Shown piece after piece: positions 27,084 to 37,715 of a stretch of DNA of 64,000 nt. Position 1 is the stretch's first letter. Each line of letters starts with the position of its first letter. The translations under genes were made by a program, and so were the position numbers. The DNA comes from a bacterium (GTDB lineage Bacteria; Patescibacteriota; CPR2; UBA1875; JAJYID01), in the NCBI GenBank assembly GCA_030647205.1, contig JAUSJO010000002.1, positions 113,112-177,111 of the forward strand, in the 5' to 3' direction. The notes below the pieces were generated by a model. It saw only the letters and a list, made by a program, of their open reading frames with translations, was not told where the DNA came from and did no database searches.

Positions 27084-29354
27084 ATGCCTGGTAAAAAAGA
27101 AAGTAAATCCGGAATGATAGATTTTTTAATGAATCATTCAAAAAAGTTTATGATTACTTTAAGTGTAATTGTAATTTTGACATCTGTGTCAGTTGTTGCT
27201 GCGGTATGGTTTTTGGGTGGAGGTGAAGTTGCTGCAACATATGGCAACAAAAAAGTTTTGAAAAGTGATTATGCCGATTTCAAATCAAAGTGTGAGGGTT
27301 TTTATAACTATAGTTCTGATAGTAAAACAAAAAAGGAATGCTCTAAGAACGAGCTTGAAGATCTCATTTTAAGAAAAGCCCTAGAGACTGAAGCAGAAAA
27401 AAGAGGAATAACTGTCAGTGATGCAGAAATTAACAAAAAATATACTGCTTTGATAGAGCCTTATGGCACTGAACAGAGGTATTTAGAGACAATTAAGAAT
27501 GCGTTTGGTTATACTCCCGAATACGTTAAAAGCAATATTAAACGAGATATACTTAAAGAAAAACTTGCGCCTTATCTCTTGAAGCAGATGAGCGTTTCCG
27601 GTGTGGTTGTCCGATATGACTGGTCTGGAGATAGCGCTTCTCTCGAAAAAGATGCAGTACTTGCTAAAGACAAACTGGAAAAAGAGTTTTATCCATTGCT
27701 CCAAAATGGTTCAAAGCAGAAAGATATTGAAGCTAAAATAAGCGAGGTTGCAAAGAGAGATGGTGATCCATGGAACCTGGATCCGGTTCTTGCCTATATA
27801 TCATTCAATAACCTGAATGAGGCAACTGCACAAGATACTTTTGCCGGCAAAGAAGACTGGGAAAACATATCAAAACTTCAGAAGAACGGTGGCGTAACAA
27901 CAGTATTTAAGTCATCTGCCGGGTATATGGCTACATATAGGCTTGATGGATCCACTACAGGTCAGTATACAAGCTGGGATAGTTACAAACAGGACATTCT
28001 AAAAAAGGCAAAAACATACTCCTTTGATTACAAATATCATAAGTTCGCAGAGTCTGTTTCCAAAAAAGTGAGTGGCGCTTTCACAGAAGTGAAGAAAATG
28101 GCAGGTATAAAAAGCGCGTCAGCTTTTGACTGCAGCACCCAGCATTTTAGTCGTATGAATGGATATATAGTGGATGGTAGTAATACAGCACATGGAATAG
28201 TTGCGAATGTCAGTATTGCCCCCGGAAGTGTGGGGGTATGGCCCAAGTGTAGTAATCCTCAAGAAGGGGGTGCTATTACGGTTAACTCAAACTATGCACA
28301 TTATAATGGTGTGAACTATTATAATGCTGGTCAGCTACAACTTGGTTGGCAAAATGATGGGTCTAGGAAATATTTAAGCTGTTGGGTAAGATGGAATGTA
28401 ACAATTTCCGCCCAAGGGTTCAACTCTATATCCTATACTGAACGTTCCGTTACTGCTAATGGTGCTACGACAAACCTGGATAAACCACTTGGCTATGGTG
28501 GTAAAACAGGTGAAGGATACTCCGGTGACTATCAAGCAGAAAATACAAATAATAATACGTGGATATTTCTCGCACCTAAGCCCGCAAAAGGATGGCACGA
28601 CCCAGTAGATGCTTCCGTTCCTAATAATGACTGGACTGCTTATTATAATACTGCTGACTTAACAGCGCAGGGGTATGATACTAGCAAGTCTAGCCACAGT
28701 TGTGAAGTAACACTTGGTTGGGCGTGTGATCCTGTAAACTGGAACTATCAATCAGGCATTCATCTGTATGAAGGTTCTCAAGCAGCGGTTGATTGGAACA
28801 AGATCATAAGTTCCTCAATATCAGCTAACCTTACTCGTACTTCTGGCTTTGGAGGTGCCTGTGGTGGTGTACTAAACCATGGCTTCGCTGCCAGGATACC
28901 TGAATATATGAAGGATAATACTGACCGTTGGATTTGGGCCTATGCTTTCAGAGAAAATGGATCGCCATACCTGATAGGTAATTCACCACAAAAAATTCAT
29001 TGTCCTGCTCCGGTAACAGACTTTTGTCCTAGCGTAGGTTGTGTCGTCAGCCCAACAAACATTAAAAGCGGGGAGACGGTTAAGGTTACATGGGCGCGTC
29101 CGGCAGGAGTGACAACAATAGATATATTGCAAACATTGTTTAGTAACACTGAGGATACGGTTGGTAAGCCAGGGGAAATGATAACTGGTGCTTCGGGTAC
29201 GCAACGGACGTTTACTCCATCCTCTGATGTAAGCTATGCTCTGCGTCTCAACAATGATGATAATAAGATATGTCCATGTGGTCCAGCTAGAATCAAGGTT
29301 AGCCCTGGTGGTGGTGGTGGAGACAACCCAGTTCCTCCGGGACAAGCGCGTTAG
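27084..29354 (+). CDS. Membrane-anchored SurA-N-like protein with large extracellular Cys/Gly/Asn-rich region
   Basis: TM, VAATYG, LEDLI..EAEKRGITVSDAEI (SurA_N pattern). Confidence 0.7.
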   Translation: MPGKKESKSGMIDFLMNHSKKFMITLSVIVILTSVSVVAAVWFLGGGEVAATYGNKKVLKSDYADFKSKCEGFYNYSSDSKTKKECSKNELEDLILRKALETEAEKRGITVSDAEINKKYTALIEPYGTEQRYLETIKNAFGYTPEYVKSNIKRDILKEKLAPYLLKQMSVSGVVVRYDWSGDSASLEKDAVLAKDKLEKEFYPLLQNGSKQKDIEAKISEVAKRDGDPWNLDPVLAYISFNNLNEATAQDTFAGKEDWENISKLQKNGGVTTVFKSSAGYMATYRLDGSTTGQYTSWDSYKQDILKKAKTYSFDYKYHKFAESVSKKVSGAFTEVKKMAGIKSASAFDCSTQHFSRMNGYIVDGSNTAHGIVANVSIAPGSVGVWPKCSNPQEGGAITVNSNYAHYNGVNYYNAGQLQLGWQNDGSRKYLSCWVRWNVTISAQGFNSISYTERSVTANGATTNLDKPLGYGGKTGEGYSGDYQAENTNNNTWIFLAPKPAKGWHDPVDASVPNNDWTAYYNTADLTAQGYDTSKSSHSCEVTLGWACDPVNWNYQSGIHLYEGSQAAVDWNKIISSSISANLTRTSGFGGACGGVLNHGFAARIPEYMKDNTDRWIWAYAFRENGSPYLIGNSPQKIHCPAPVTDFCPSVGCVVSPTNIKSGETVKVTWARPAGVTTIDILQTLFSNTEDTVGKPGEMITGASGTQRTFTPSSDVSYALRLNNDDNKICPCGPARIKVSPGGGGGDNPVPPGQAR

Positions 29355-29448
29355 TTCTCTCAAAGGTCATTATTGTGTTGACACATATTCCTCTAGTGCT
29401 GTTTAATAGTTCTAGACAATAAATGTATTATTTTACCGGAGGGGTTGA

Positions 29449-30489
29449 ATGGTCTTTGGTTTAGATCAACTAAAAGAAAATACAGACTACTTTGGCCTTG
29501 ATATTGGGACCAGTTCTATAAAGATTGCTCAATTAAAAAAATCGTTTGGCAAGTTTGAACTCATTTCTTTCGGTAGTGCTCCCGTTGAAAGTGGAGTTTC
29601 TCAGAGTGATAGTGCGATCGATAAGAAAAAAATTAGCGAGGAAGTGAAGCGACTTGTTCATTCTATGCACTTAGTGACAAAGAATGTAGTTGTTTCTTTA
29701 CCTGGCAGCAGCGTTTTCACTACGGTTATTAAGCTACCTAAAATGCCTATGTCAGAACTAAAAAAAGCGATTAGCTTTCAAGCAGAACAAAATATCCCTT
29801 TGAAGATTACCGATGTAAGGATTGACTGGCAGATTATAGGAGAATCACCAAACAGCGGAGAGGTGTCGGTAATGATTATTGCTGCTCCGATCATAAAAAC
29901 CAAAAAGGTAGCAGATATAGTTGAAGATGCTGGTTTGGATATACAAGCGGTTGAGATTAACGCTTTGGCTGTTTCCAGATCTCTTCAAGCGAATGAGCCC
30001 TTGTATGCTGTTGTTGACATTGGGACGTATACGACGGAGATCACGGTGGTCCAAAGTAATGTCATGACACTTACCAGAAGTATTCCTGTCGGAGGACAAG
30101 TTATGACAAGAGCAATAGCCCAGGATTTGAACATCGAGGAAGCCCAAGCGGAACAGTTCAAGTTAAAGTTTGGTGTTGATAAGGAAAGAATGGAGGGCAA
30201 GATATTTAAGGCCGCTAAACCAATTTTAAAGAACCTTACCGAAGAAATAGAAAGATCTATAAAATACTATTCTGACCAATATAACCAGAATGTTACAATA
30301 ATAAAGCTTACGGGTGGAGGGTCAAAAACAATAGGGATCCAAAGTTTTATTGCCGATCAGCTTGGTATGAACGTTGTATATGGCAATCCATGGGCAATGG
30401 TAGTTCATAAGCCTGACATAACAAATCAGCTAAACCAGAATGCGCCGGAGTTCGCAGTAGCAGTCGGTTTGGCAATGAGGGGGTTATAG
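29449..30489 (+). CDS. pilM: Type IV pilus assembly protein PilM
   Basis: GLDIGTSSIK, VDIG, LTGGGS, FAVAVGLAMRG. Confidence 0.93.
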   Translation: MVFGLDQLKENTDYFGLDIGTSSIKIAQLKKSFGKFELISFGSAPVESGVSQSDSAIDKKKISEEVKRLVHSMHLVTKNVVVSLPGSSVFTTVIKLPKMPMSELKKAISFQAEQNIPLKITDVRIDWQIIGESPNSGEVSVMIIAAPIIKTKKVADIVEDAGLDIQAVEINALAVSRSLQANEPLYAVVDIGTYTTEITVVQSNVMTLTRSIPVGGQVMTRAIAQDLNIEEAQAEQFKLKFGVDKERMEGKIFKAAKPILKNLTEEIERSIKYYSDQYNQNVTIIKLTGGGSKTIGIQSFIADQLGMNVVYGNPWAMVVHKPDITNQLNQNAPEFAVAVGLAMRGL

Positions 30490-30490
30490 A

Positions 30491-31063
30491 ATGGGGAAAA
30501 TAAATCTAGTTTCAGATATTCGTCTCGAAAAAATTAAGCTTAAAAGAAGAAAATTTATAGTGACTGTGTCGGCGGTTCTGATATTAGGCGTTATGCTGGT
30601 ATTTGTGTTGGTACTACAGGGATATAAATGGTCTCGAGTTTATGTTTTAGATAGTACCAAGAAAAAAATTGCCGCTACGGACGGAGAACTGGCTGAATAT
30701 AAAGATATAGAAGATATGGTTGTTAATATTGAACATGGTCTTCAAGCTGTTAAAAATATAGAATCAAGTGAGCCGAAATGGTCCAAGTTTTTGCCAGTTT
30801 TGGAGCAGGTAACTCCAAATGATATTAGGTTTACTGAGTTTACACAGACTGGCAACACGTTTACAGCTCAAGCACAAGGTCGATCTGTTCAGTCCATAGC
30901 AAGACTTATCAAGTCTTTGGAAAACTATGAATATAAAGAGAGTATTGATGCAAAAGTTGGTAAAAAGCTTTTCAAAAATGTCAATGTGGATGGGTATGAT
31001 CTTAAAGGGAAAGAGGTAAGCTTTAGTATAAGTTTTGAGATGGAACAGGGGGTTCTATGGTAG
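30491..31063 (+). CDS. pilN: PilN-like protein
   Basis: KINL motif, TM, coiled coil; synteny. Confidence 0.8.
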   Translation: MGKINLVSDIRLEKIKLKRRKFIVTVSAVLILGVMLVFVLVLQGYKWSRVYVLDSTKKKIAATDGELAEYKDIEDMVVNIEHGLQAVKNIESSEPKWSKFLPVLEQVTPNDIRFTEFTQTGNTFTAQAQGRSVQSIARLIKSLENYEYKESIDAKVGKKLFKNVNVDGYDLKGKEVSFSISFEMEQGVLW

Positions 31064-31647
31064 ACGCAAACAAAAAAATACAGCAGTATTACTGGATTGT
31101 CAGTGTGATAACTGCCGTAATCATCATTGTGATACTAACGGTTGCATTCGTCATTACTCCTACGTTCAAAAGTATAGGCCAAGTAAATACCGAGCTAAAA
31201 GAGAAAAAAGAAACATTATCGGTCAAAGAAAAGAAGCTGTCAAAACTGAAGGAGTTGAAAGTCAAGGAAGATGAGCTAAAGGAACAGTCGAGAATAGTAT
31301 ATAGGGCAATACCTACAAAAAAAGAGGTAGGTGACATTTTCATAGAACTCAATGCACTAGAAACCGATGCAGGCGGTGTATTCTCCGGAAGTAAAGGAGG
31401 GTCCTCATCAGCCTCGTCTGCCAGTAATGCTGAAGGTTCTGTCTCTGAAATAAACACTCTATCGTATAGCAGTGACGTAGCTTTCCCAAGTTATGGGGCG
31501 TTTAAGAAGCTGCTTAGTGACTCTGAGCAAGCACTTAGGTTTGTCCATCTTGAACATTTCGCTATCTCCAGCAGCGAAGGGTCGTTTAAGGTCAGTCTTT
31601 CATACAAGGCTTATTATCGAAACCAAATTAACACAGGAGGTCAATAA
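31057..31647 (+). CDS. pilO: PilO-like protein
   Basis: TM, coiled coil, AIP..KEV; synteny. Confidence 0.75.
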   Translation: MVDANKKIQQYYWIVSVITAVIIIVILTVAFVITPTFKSIGQVNTELKEKKETLSVKEKKLSKLKELKVKEDELKEQSRIVYRAIPTKKEVGDIFIELNALETDAGGVFSGSKGGSSSASSASNAEGSVSEINTLSYSSDVAFPSYGAFKKLLSDSEQALRFVHLEHFAISSSEGSFKVSLSYKAYYRNQINTGGQ

Positions 31648-31886
31648 TGAAGAAGAAGGATATTGTAGTTTTGATCATGTGTTCGTTAGTTATTTTTGCA
31701 TCACTATTTATTATCTTTGGAGGTTTATCAAAAAGCGCTCCTAAAACACAACCTCAAGTTAAAGAAAAAATGAACTTTAGTGGTGATATTCAAAAAGAAG
31801 ACATTGATAAGTTACTCAAAAGAAAAGATTATGGTGTGCCGCCGATGGATGGCATCGGCAGGGAAAATCCATTTGCTAGCCTTTAA
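31647..31886 (+). CDS. Small single-TM pilus-associated protein (PilP-like position)
   Basis: C-terminal GRENPF motif; lies between pilO and pilB. Confidence 0.65.
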   Translation: MKKKDIVVLIMCSLVIFASLFIIFGGLSKSAPKTQPQVKEKMNFSGDIQKEDIDKLLKRKDYGVPPMDGIGRENPFASL

Positions 31887-31889
31887 GCC

Positions 31890-33665
31890 ATGCCTGTCAA
31901 AAACGAAAAAAAACTTGAAGAATTTTTAGTCAAGCTAGGCCTTGTAACAAAAAAGCAGCTTGACCTTATTAAAGTCCAGAGTGCAGAGTCCGGCAAATCT
32001 TTGGAACAGATACTAAAAGAAATGCCGAATATCAATAATGAAGAGATTTGTAAGGTCATTGCAGTGGCCTCTGACTTGCCTTATGTTGATATCACAGAAA
32101 AAAACATTGATCATAACATCTTAGATCTCCTGACAAAAAAAATTGCTGAAAAATATAGGATAGTGCCATTCGGGAAAATAGGCGACTTTTTAAATGTGGC
32201 GATGATAAATCCAAATGATATCCAGTCCATAGAGTATATTGAGAAAAAAACCGGTATGAAGTTAAAGCCCTACCTTGTTTCGGATAAGAGTATGGAAAAG
32301 GCTTTGGCCCAGTATGATGACTATTCTTTGGAGGTGGAGAGCGTAATTGGGGATATACAGAAAAAACAGGATCAGCCGGTAAAAGAAGAGGATACTAAAG
32401 ATAACCAAAAAGTTGCGACTATTACTCAAGATGCACCTATCACCAGAGCGTTAAATACCATACTTGAGTATGCCGCTAAGTCTAGGGCCTCTGATATCCA
32501 TATAGAGCCTAGAGACAAAGATGTGAAGGTCCGTTATCGTATAGATGGCATATTATACAATACTATGACTTTGCCGAAGCACATTCATCCGGCACTTGTT
32601 TCCAGGGTCAAGATTTTGTCGAGCTTAAAGATTGATGAGCACAGAGTTCCTCAGGATGGTCGTTTTCAACTTGCCACAGAAGGAAGAGAGATTGATCTGC
32701 GTATATCAATTACCCCTATCGTTTATGGAGAAAAAATTGTAATTAGGCTTCTTGATAAGACAAGCGGTATTATCACTCTTGAAAACTTAGGTATTAAGGG
32801 CAGGGCGTACAAAATTATTGAGGCAGGCATCCAAAAACCCCATGGAATGATTTTGGCGACCGGGCCTACGGGATCCGGTAAGTCAACGTCGCTGTATGCA
32901 GTGCTTACTAAGCTCAACAAACCAAGTGTAAACATCATTACTATAGAAGATCCGGTAGAATATAATGTTGATGGGGTGAACCAAATTCAAGTCAACAATG
33001 CGGTTGGTTTGACCTTTGCTTCAGGGCTTCGTTCGATGCTTCGGCAGGATCCGGATGTGATTATGGTTGGTGAGGTCCGTGACAAGGAAACTGCGGATCT
33101 GGCTGTTCAGTCAGCTTTGACGGGGCATACTGTTCTTACTTCATTACACACAAATTCTGCAGCAAGCGCTCTTCCTCGTCTGACTGATATGGATATAGAA
33201 CCATTTCTGATCGCATCTACTGTAAACACTATTATTGCCCAGAGATTGGTTAGAAGGATTTGTGACAATTGTAAGGAAGAGTATACAGCTACTCCGGCAC
33301 TGAGCAGGGCGATTAAAGAGTCATTGAAAGATATTTTGCCGTCAAAGGACGATGATCAGAAAAAAACCACAGATTTAGGTTTTGAAAATCTTCCTTTTAA
33401 AGAAGAGGAGAAGTTTAAGCTTTATCGCGGAAAAGGTTGTGAGTCATGTAAGAATACGGGCTTTTGGGGAAGAATAGGTGTTTACGAGGTTTTTACCATT
33501 AGCCAGAGAATTGAGGATTTGGTCATAGCTCGCGCTTCTGCCAGTGACATCCAAGCGGAGGCTATATCCGAAGGTATGGTAACGATGCGACAGGACGGAT
33601 TTTTAAAGGCTCTGGCGGGTATTACTACTCTAGAGGAAGTAGTCAGGACAACAACAGAAGATTAA
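31890..33665 (+). CDS. pilB: Type IV pilus extension ATPase PilB/GspE
   Basis: ASDIHIEP, PQDGRF, GPTGSGKS, LRQDPD, Zn-binding CxxC pairs. Confidence 0.95.
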   Translation: MPVKNEKKLEEFLVKLGLVTKKQLDLIKVQSAESGKSLEQILKEMPNINNEEICKVIAVASDLPYVDITEKNIDHNILDLLTKKIAEKYRIVPFGKIGDFLNVAMINPNDIQSIEYIEKKTGMKLKPYLVSDKSMEKALAQYDDYSLEVESVIGDIQKKQDQPVKEEDTKDNQKVATITQDAPITRALNTILEYAAKSRASDIHIEPRDKDVKVRYRIDGILYNTMTLPKHIHPALVSRVKILSSLKIDEHRVPQDGRFQLATEGREIDLRISITPIVYGEKIVIRLLDKTSGIITLENLGIKGRAYKIIEAGIQKPHGMILATGPTGSGKSTSLYAVLTKLNKPSVNIITIEDPVEYNVDGVNQIQVNNAVGLTFASGLRSMLRQDPDVIMVGEVRDKETADLAVQSALTGHTVLTSLHTNSAASALPRLTDMDIEPFLIASTVNTIIAQRLVRRICDNCKEEYTATPALSRAIKESLKDILPSKDDDQKKTTDLGFENLPFKEEEKFKLYRGKGCESCKNTGFWGRIGVYEVFTISQRIEDLVIARASASDIQAEAISEGMVTMRQDGFLKALAGITTLEEVVRTTTED

Positions 33666-33782
33666 GATTTTTGATTGAAATTTTGTCTTTGTCTGCTAAA
33701 TATAGAGATTGGCTAAAATAATTCTATTTCTAGGGTTGTAATCATAAACGGATTATCATAGAATTAAGTTATTGGAGGGAAT

Positions 33783-34856
33783 ATGGCTGAAAATACAAAA
33801 TTAAAAATAGAGAGCTTCCTAGAGGAAGTTATCAAGACAGATGCAAGTGATTTGCATTTGACTGTTGGTGTTCCGCCAATGCTTCGGGTTGATGGTGCTC
33901 TAAAACCAATAGAAGATGTCCGCGGGCTGACCGATAAAGATGTCCGAGATCTTACTTACTCTATTCTTGATGATGTCCAAAAAGATATTCTTGAACGAGA
34001 CAAAGAAGTTGATTTTTCATTTACTTATGGTGATCTTGCCAGATTCAGGGCAAATGCTTTTCATCAAAAAGGCAATATTGGCCTCGCTCTCCGTCTTATT
34101 CCTGTTGCGATTAGAAGTTTAACCCAACTTGGTATGCCTAAAATTGTAGATAAATTTACGGAGTTCCCAAGGGGTTTAGTCCTTGTAACGGGCCCAACCG
34201 GTTCAGGGAAATCAACTACACTGGCAGCAATGGTTGATAAAATTAACTCTGAACGTGCCTGTCATATTATTACTGTTGAAGACCCGATAGAGTATACGCA
34301 TTCGCATAAGAAGTCTGTAGTTGATCAACGTGAAGTACACTATGACACTCGTTCATTCGCAGCGGCTTTGAGGAGTGTGCTCAGAGAAGACCCGGATGTA
34401 GTTTTAGTTGGTGAAATGCGTGATCTTGAGACTATAGCGGCCGCGATCACAATTGCTGAGACCGGTCACCTTGTTTTGGCTACGCTTCATACGAATAATG
34501 CGGCTCAGTCTGTAGACAGAATGATTGATGTTTTCCCGCCGCATCAACAGCAGCAGATACGGGTACAGCTATCAAATATACTTCAAGGGATAATTTCTCA
34601 GCGCCTTATACCATCGATCGGTGGCGGACGCGTGGCTGCATCAGAAATATTGGTTGTTACACCAGCTGTTAGAAATATTGTCAGAGAGCAGAAAACCCAT
34701 CAGCTTGAGGCTGTTATCCAAACCGGTTCTTCCGAGGGCATGCAGGCTATGGACAGAACACTGGCAGGCCTCATTAAAACCGGTCGGGTAACACTAGACG
34801 AAGCAAAGGGTTATGCCATAGACGTTAAAGAGCTGGAAAGGCTTCTGCACGGATAG
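33783..34856 (+). CDS. pilT: Retraction ATPase PilT
   Basis: ASDLHL, GPTGSGKSTT, LREDPD, AETGHLV, AVRNIVRE. Confidence 0.96.
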   Translation: MAENTKLKIESFLEEVIKTDASDLHLTVGVPPMLRVDGALKPIEDVRGLTDKDVRDLTYSILDDVQKDILERDKEVDFSFTYGDLARFRANAFHQKGNIGLALRLIPVAIRSLTQLGMPKIVDKFTEFPRGLVLVTGPTGSGKSTTLAAMVDKINSERACHIITVEDPIEYTHSHKKSVVDQREVHYDTRSFAAALRSVLREDPDVVLVGEMRDLETIAAAITIAETGHLVLATLHTNNAAQSVDRMIDVFPPHQQQQIRVQLSNILQGIISQRLIPSIGGGRVAASEILVVTPAVRNIVREQKTHQLEAVIQTGSSEGMQAMDRTLAGLIKTGRVTLDEAKGYAIDVKELERLLHG

Positions 34857-34859
34857 TAT

Positions 34860-36068
34860 ATGAAAGAGTATTCATACAAGGCTAGGAATGTACAAGGTGA
34901 TCTTATCCAGGGTAAGGTTGAAGCGGAGAGTAAGCAGGTTGCCTCAAATCTTTTGACTGCAAAGAAGCTTTTCCCGGTCGACATCAAAGAAGAAGCCCAT
35001 ACATCTTTCGGCATACCATTTCTAAAGACGATAAGAACAAAAGATAAGGTATTCTTCACCAGGCAGCTTGCCACAATGATTAACGCCGGGTTGCCTCTTA
35101 CTCAGTCTTTGCAGACGCTTTATAGCCAAACACAGTCGAAGTCGATAAGGAAAATGATTGAGCAGATGTTGCGTGATATAGAGTCAGGCAATGCTTTATC
35201 GGTTGCTTTGACGAGTTTTCCGGATGTTTTTAACAGGACTGACGTCAGTATGATTGCATCAGGTGAGGCAAGCGGAAAGCTTGATGAGGTGCTAGAGTAT
35301 ATGGCTGTGCAGTCGGAAAAGGGGTATAAAGTCGCCAGAAAAATAAGAACCGCTTTTATTTATCCCGCTTTTATTTTGGTTGTAGTTATAGCAGTTGCCT
35401 TGCTTATGTTAGTTTTTGTTCTTCCGCAAATGCAGGAGCTATACAAAAGCTTTGGGAACGCTCAGCTCCCTCTGCCGACAAGGATACTCATATCAGTAAG
35501 CGAAATCCTAAGGAAATATTATTTGCTTGTTATCCTTATTATTATTGCGATAGGAGCAAGCCTTAGGATATACGTCAGGACAGACACAGGAAAATATTTA
35601 TGGCATTCATTGAAACTTCGTTTGCCTTTGATTGGAAATTTTCTGCAGATGTCATACATGGCAATCTTTTCCAGAACTATGAGCAGTCTTGTTTCTTCGG
35701 GTGTACCTATTCTTGATGCGCTTAAGATCACCTCCGAAACCATGCCAAATATTATATATGAAAAAGCCATCATGGAAGTAAGGAGTAAGGTAAAACAAGG
35801 GAAAAATCTCTCGGGATCTATAAAAGAAACAGACCTTTTCCCTATAATGATCTCGCAAATGGTCGGGGTTGGTGAAAACACGGGAGAGATCGACAATATG
35901 CTAAAGAATTTAGCCGAGTATTATAGCGACGAGATTGATAACTGGGTAAAAAGCTTCCAGTCGCTTTTGGAGCCTATAATGATAGTTTTGATGGGGGGTA
36001 TAGTTGGTGGCGTGATTATTTCAATCATTATGCCGATATACAATGTTGGCGTTTTTGTGAAAAGATAG
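34860..36068 (+). CDS. pilC: Platform protein PilC/GspF
   Basis: FTRQLATMINAG, GEASGKL, GENTGEI, LLEP. Confidence 0.95.
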   Translation: MKEYSYKARNVQGDLIQGKVEAESKQVASNLLTAKKLFPVDIKEEAHTSFGIPFLKTIRTKDKVFFTRQLATMINAGLPLTQSLQTLYSQTQSKSIRKMIEQMLRDIESGNALSVALTSFPDVFNRTDVSMIASGEASGKLDEVLEYMAVQSEKGYKVARKIRTAFIYPAFILVVVIAVALLMLVFVLPQMQELYKSFGNAQLPLPTRILISVSEILRKYYLLVILIIIAIGASLRIYVRTDTGKYLWHSLKLRLPLIGNFLQMSYMAIFSRTMSSLVSSGVPILDALKITSETMPNIIYEKAIMEVRSKVKQGKNLSGSIKETDLFPIMISQMVGVGENTGEIDNMLKNLAEYYSDEIDNWVKSFQSLLEPIMIVLMGGIVGGVIISIIMPIYNVGVFVKR

Positions 36069-36171
36069 AAAGAAAGTATTTGACATAACATAAGCGCCTA
36101 GGATAATATTAGCTTGTAAATAGAAAATTTGTTTAATCAGAGCCAAATTTACAATTAAATGAGGCGGAGAG

Positions 36172-36591
36172 GTGAAAATGAAAAAGTTAAATAGACAAGG
36201 TTTTACACTTATTGAGCTAGTTGTCGTTATGGCAATTATCGCTGTTCTTGCAGTACTAGTTGTAGGTGCTATCACAATAGCAAGAAATACAGCTAAAGAA
36301 ACTACACACAGAGCAAATGCAAAGGCTGTTCAAGCAGGGCTTGAGGCTAGATATAGCAGAACGAAAAACTATACAGGCATTTCTAGTGGCAACTTGAGTG
36401 CTATCGCAAGTGATACTTCAGTAAGCGCAGTTTTGCAAATGAGTAATGTTTGTAACAACGCCAGTTACAATGGTGGTGGAGCTGTAACATTCTCGACTGC
36501 TTCCGGATCACCGGCTTACACTATCAATGTAGCTAATGCTGCATGTGATAATACTAACTCCGGTGATAAGATTGACGGTCCTGTGAACTAG
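36172..36591 (+). CDS. Type IV pilin (likely major pilin)
   Basis: G|FTLIELVVV class III signal; own TTGACA promoter and GAGG SD; C-terminal Cys pair. Confidence 0.9.
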   Translation: MKMKKLNRQGFTLIELVVVMAIIAVLAVLVVGAITIARNTAKETTHRANAKAVQAGLEARYSRTKNYTGISSGNLSAIASDTSVSAVLQMSNVCNNASYNGGGAVTFSTASGSPAYTINVANAACDNTNSGDKIDGPVN

Positions 36592-37715
36592 TTTTCTCGG
36601 GATCTACAAAGTACCGTACCTATAAGCTTATAGTGAATTTTGATAAGTTTACTATGTGTAAAAAGAGAGTTCGCTCTCTTTTTACAGTTTTGGGAGAACC
36701 TATGCTCTAGTTCGCTATCTTCTAATATTTTATTTATTGAATTTGACAAAGAGGTAGGATCTTTTGGGGTTACTACAAACCCGGTTTCATCGTTTTCATT
36801 GATCCAACTCGTGCCTGTGCCTATCTCTGTCGTTACCAGAGGTGTTCCACACGCCATTGCCTCTATCAAAACAATACCAAAGGCCTCACTCTTATATATC
36901 GACGGTAAAACGAAGACTGAGGCTGCTTTGTAGTAGTTATATAGCTCTCTATCTGGCTGATGACCCAAAAAGAAAACTCTTTTCTCCAGTCCGAGTTCAG
37001 CTGTTAGATTTTTTAGTCTCTTTTCTTCTTGTCCGGAGCCGATGATTACTAGGTTAGCAGAAACTTCTTTCATTGCTTCTATTAAGTATTGAACGCCTTT
37101 GTAATAACTGAGACGACCTACAAAAAGAACAAAATCTCCATATTTTTTTCTAATTTCAGCTACCTTTGTGCTGTCAATAGATGATTGTATTTTCTGAATG
37201 TCTGTTCCAAAAGGTATGACCACACATTTTTTCTCAAATTTTTCTAAATATGTTGAGTTTTTGATCATATTTGGATTTGAAACAATGATTTTCTCTGCTT
37301 TTTCCAGTGTGTGTAACGCGAACGGCTTGAGCAAAAGGCCAAATATTTTTTGCTTATATATATCAAAATGATAATGAACAATGATTTTCTGTTTTGGTCT
37401 GAAAAAGAATACTGCCAGATCAGCTAGGGGGAATGGCTGATGAATGGCAAGTAAGTCAAAATCTTTGGTAAGTTTTCTAAATTGGGCAAAGAAAGAAAAA
37501 GAGATGGGCATGCTTTTAAATATACCAAAACTCGAGGCCTTATAAATCTTTATTCCATTTATTTTCTCAGTTGCATTTGGTCCTTTCGGTTGGCAGCACA
37601 AAACTTCGACTCTTGTATGGTTTCTATCATTCAACCCTTCAGTAATATCCTGAACGGCCTTTTCTACGCCTCCGATCCATGGATAGTATAGTTTAGTTAT
37701 TTCTAGTATCTTCAT
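36588..37715 (-). CDS. Glycosyltransferase family 4
   Basis: Start MKILEITKLYYP.IGGVE; FVGRL..KG, EAFGIVLIEAMACG. Confidence 0.92.
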   Translation of the reverse strand: MKILEITKLYYPWIGGVEKAVQDITEGLNDRNHTRVEVLCCQPKGPNATEKINGIKIYKASSFGIFKSMPISFSFFAQFRKLTKDFDLLAIHQPFPLADLAVFFFRPKQKIIVHYHFDIYKQKIFGLLLKPFALHTLEKAEKIIVSNPNMIKNSTYLEKFEKKCVVIPFGTDIQKIQSSIDSTKVAEIRKKYGDFVLFVGRLSYYKGVQYLIEAMKEVSANLVIIGSGQEEKRLKNLTAELGLEKRVFFLGHQPDRELYNYYKAASVFVLPSIYKSEAFGIVLIEAMACGTPLVTTEIGTGTSWINENDETGFVVTPKDPTSLSNSINKILEDSELEHRFSQNCKKRANSLFTHSKLIKIHYKLIGTVLCRSREN

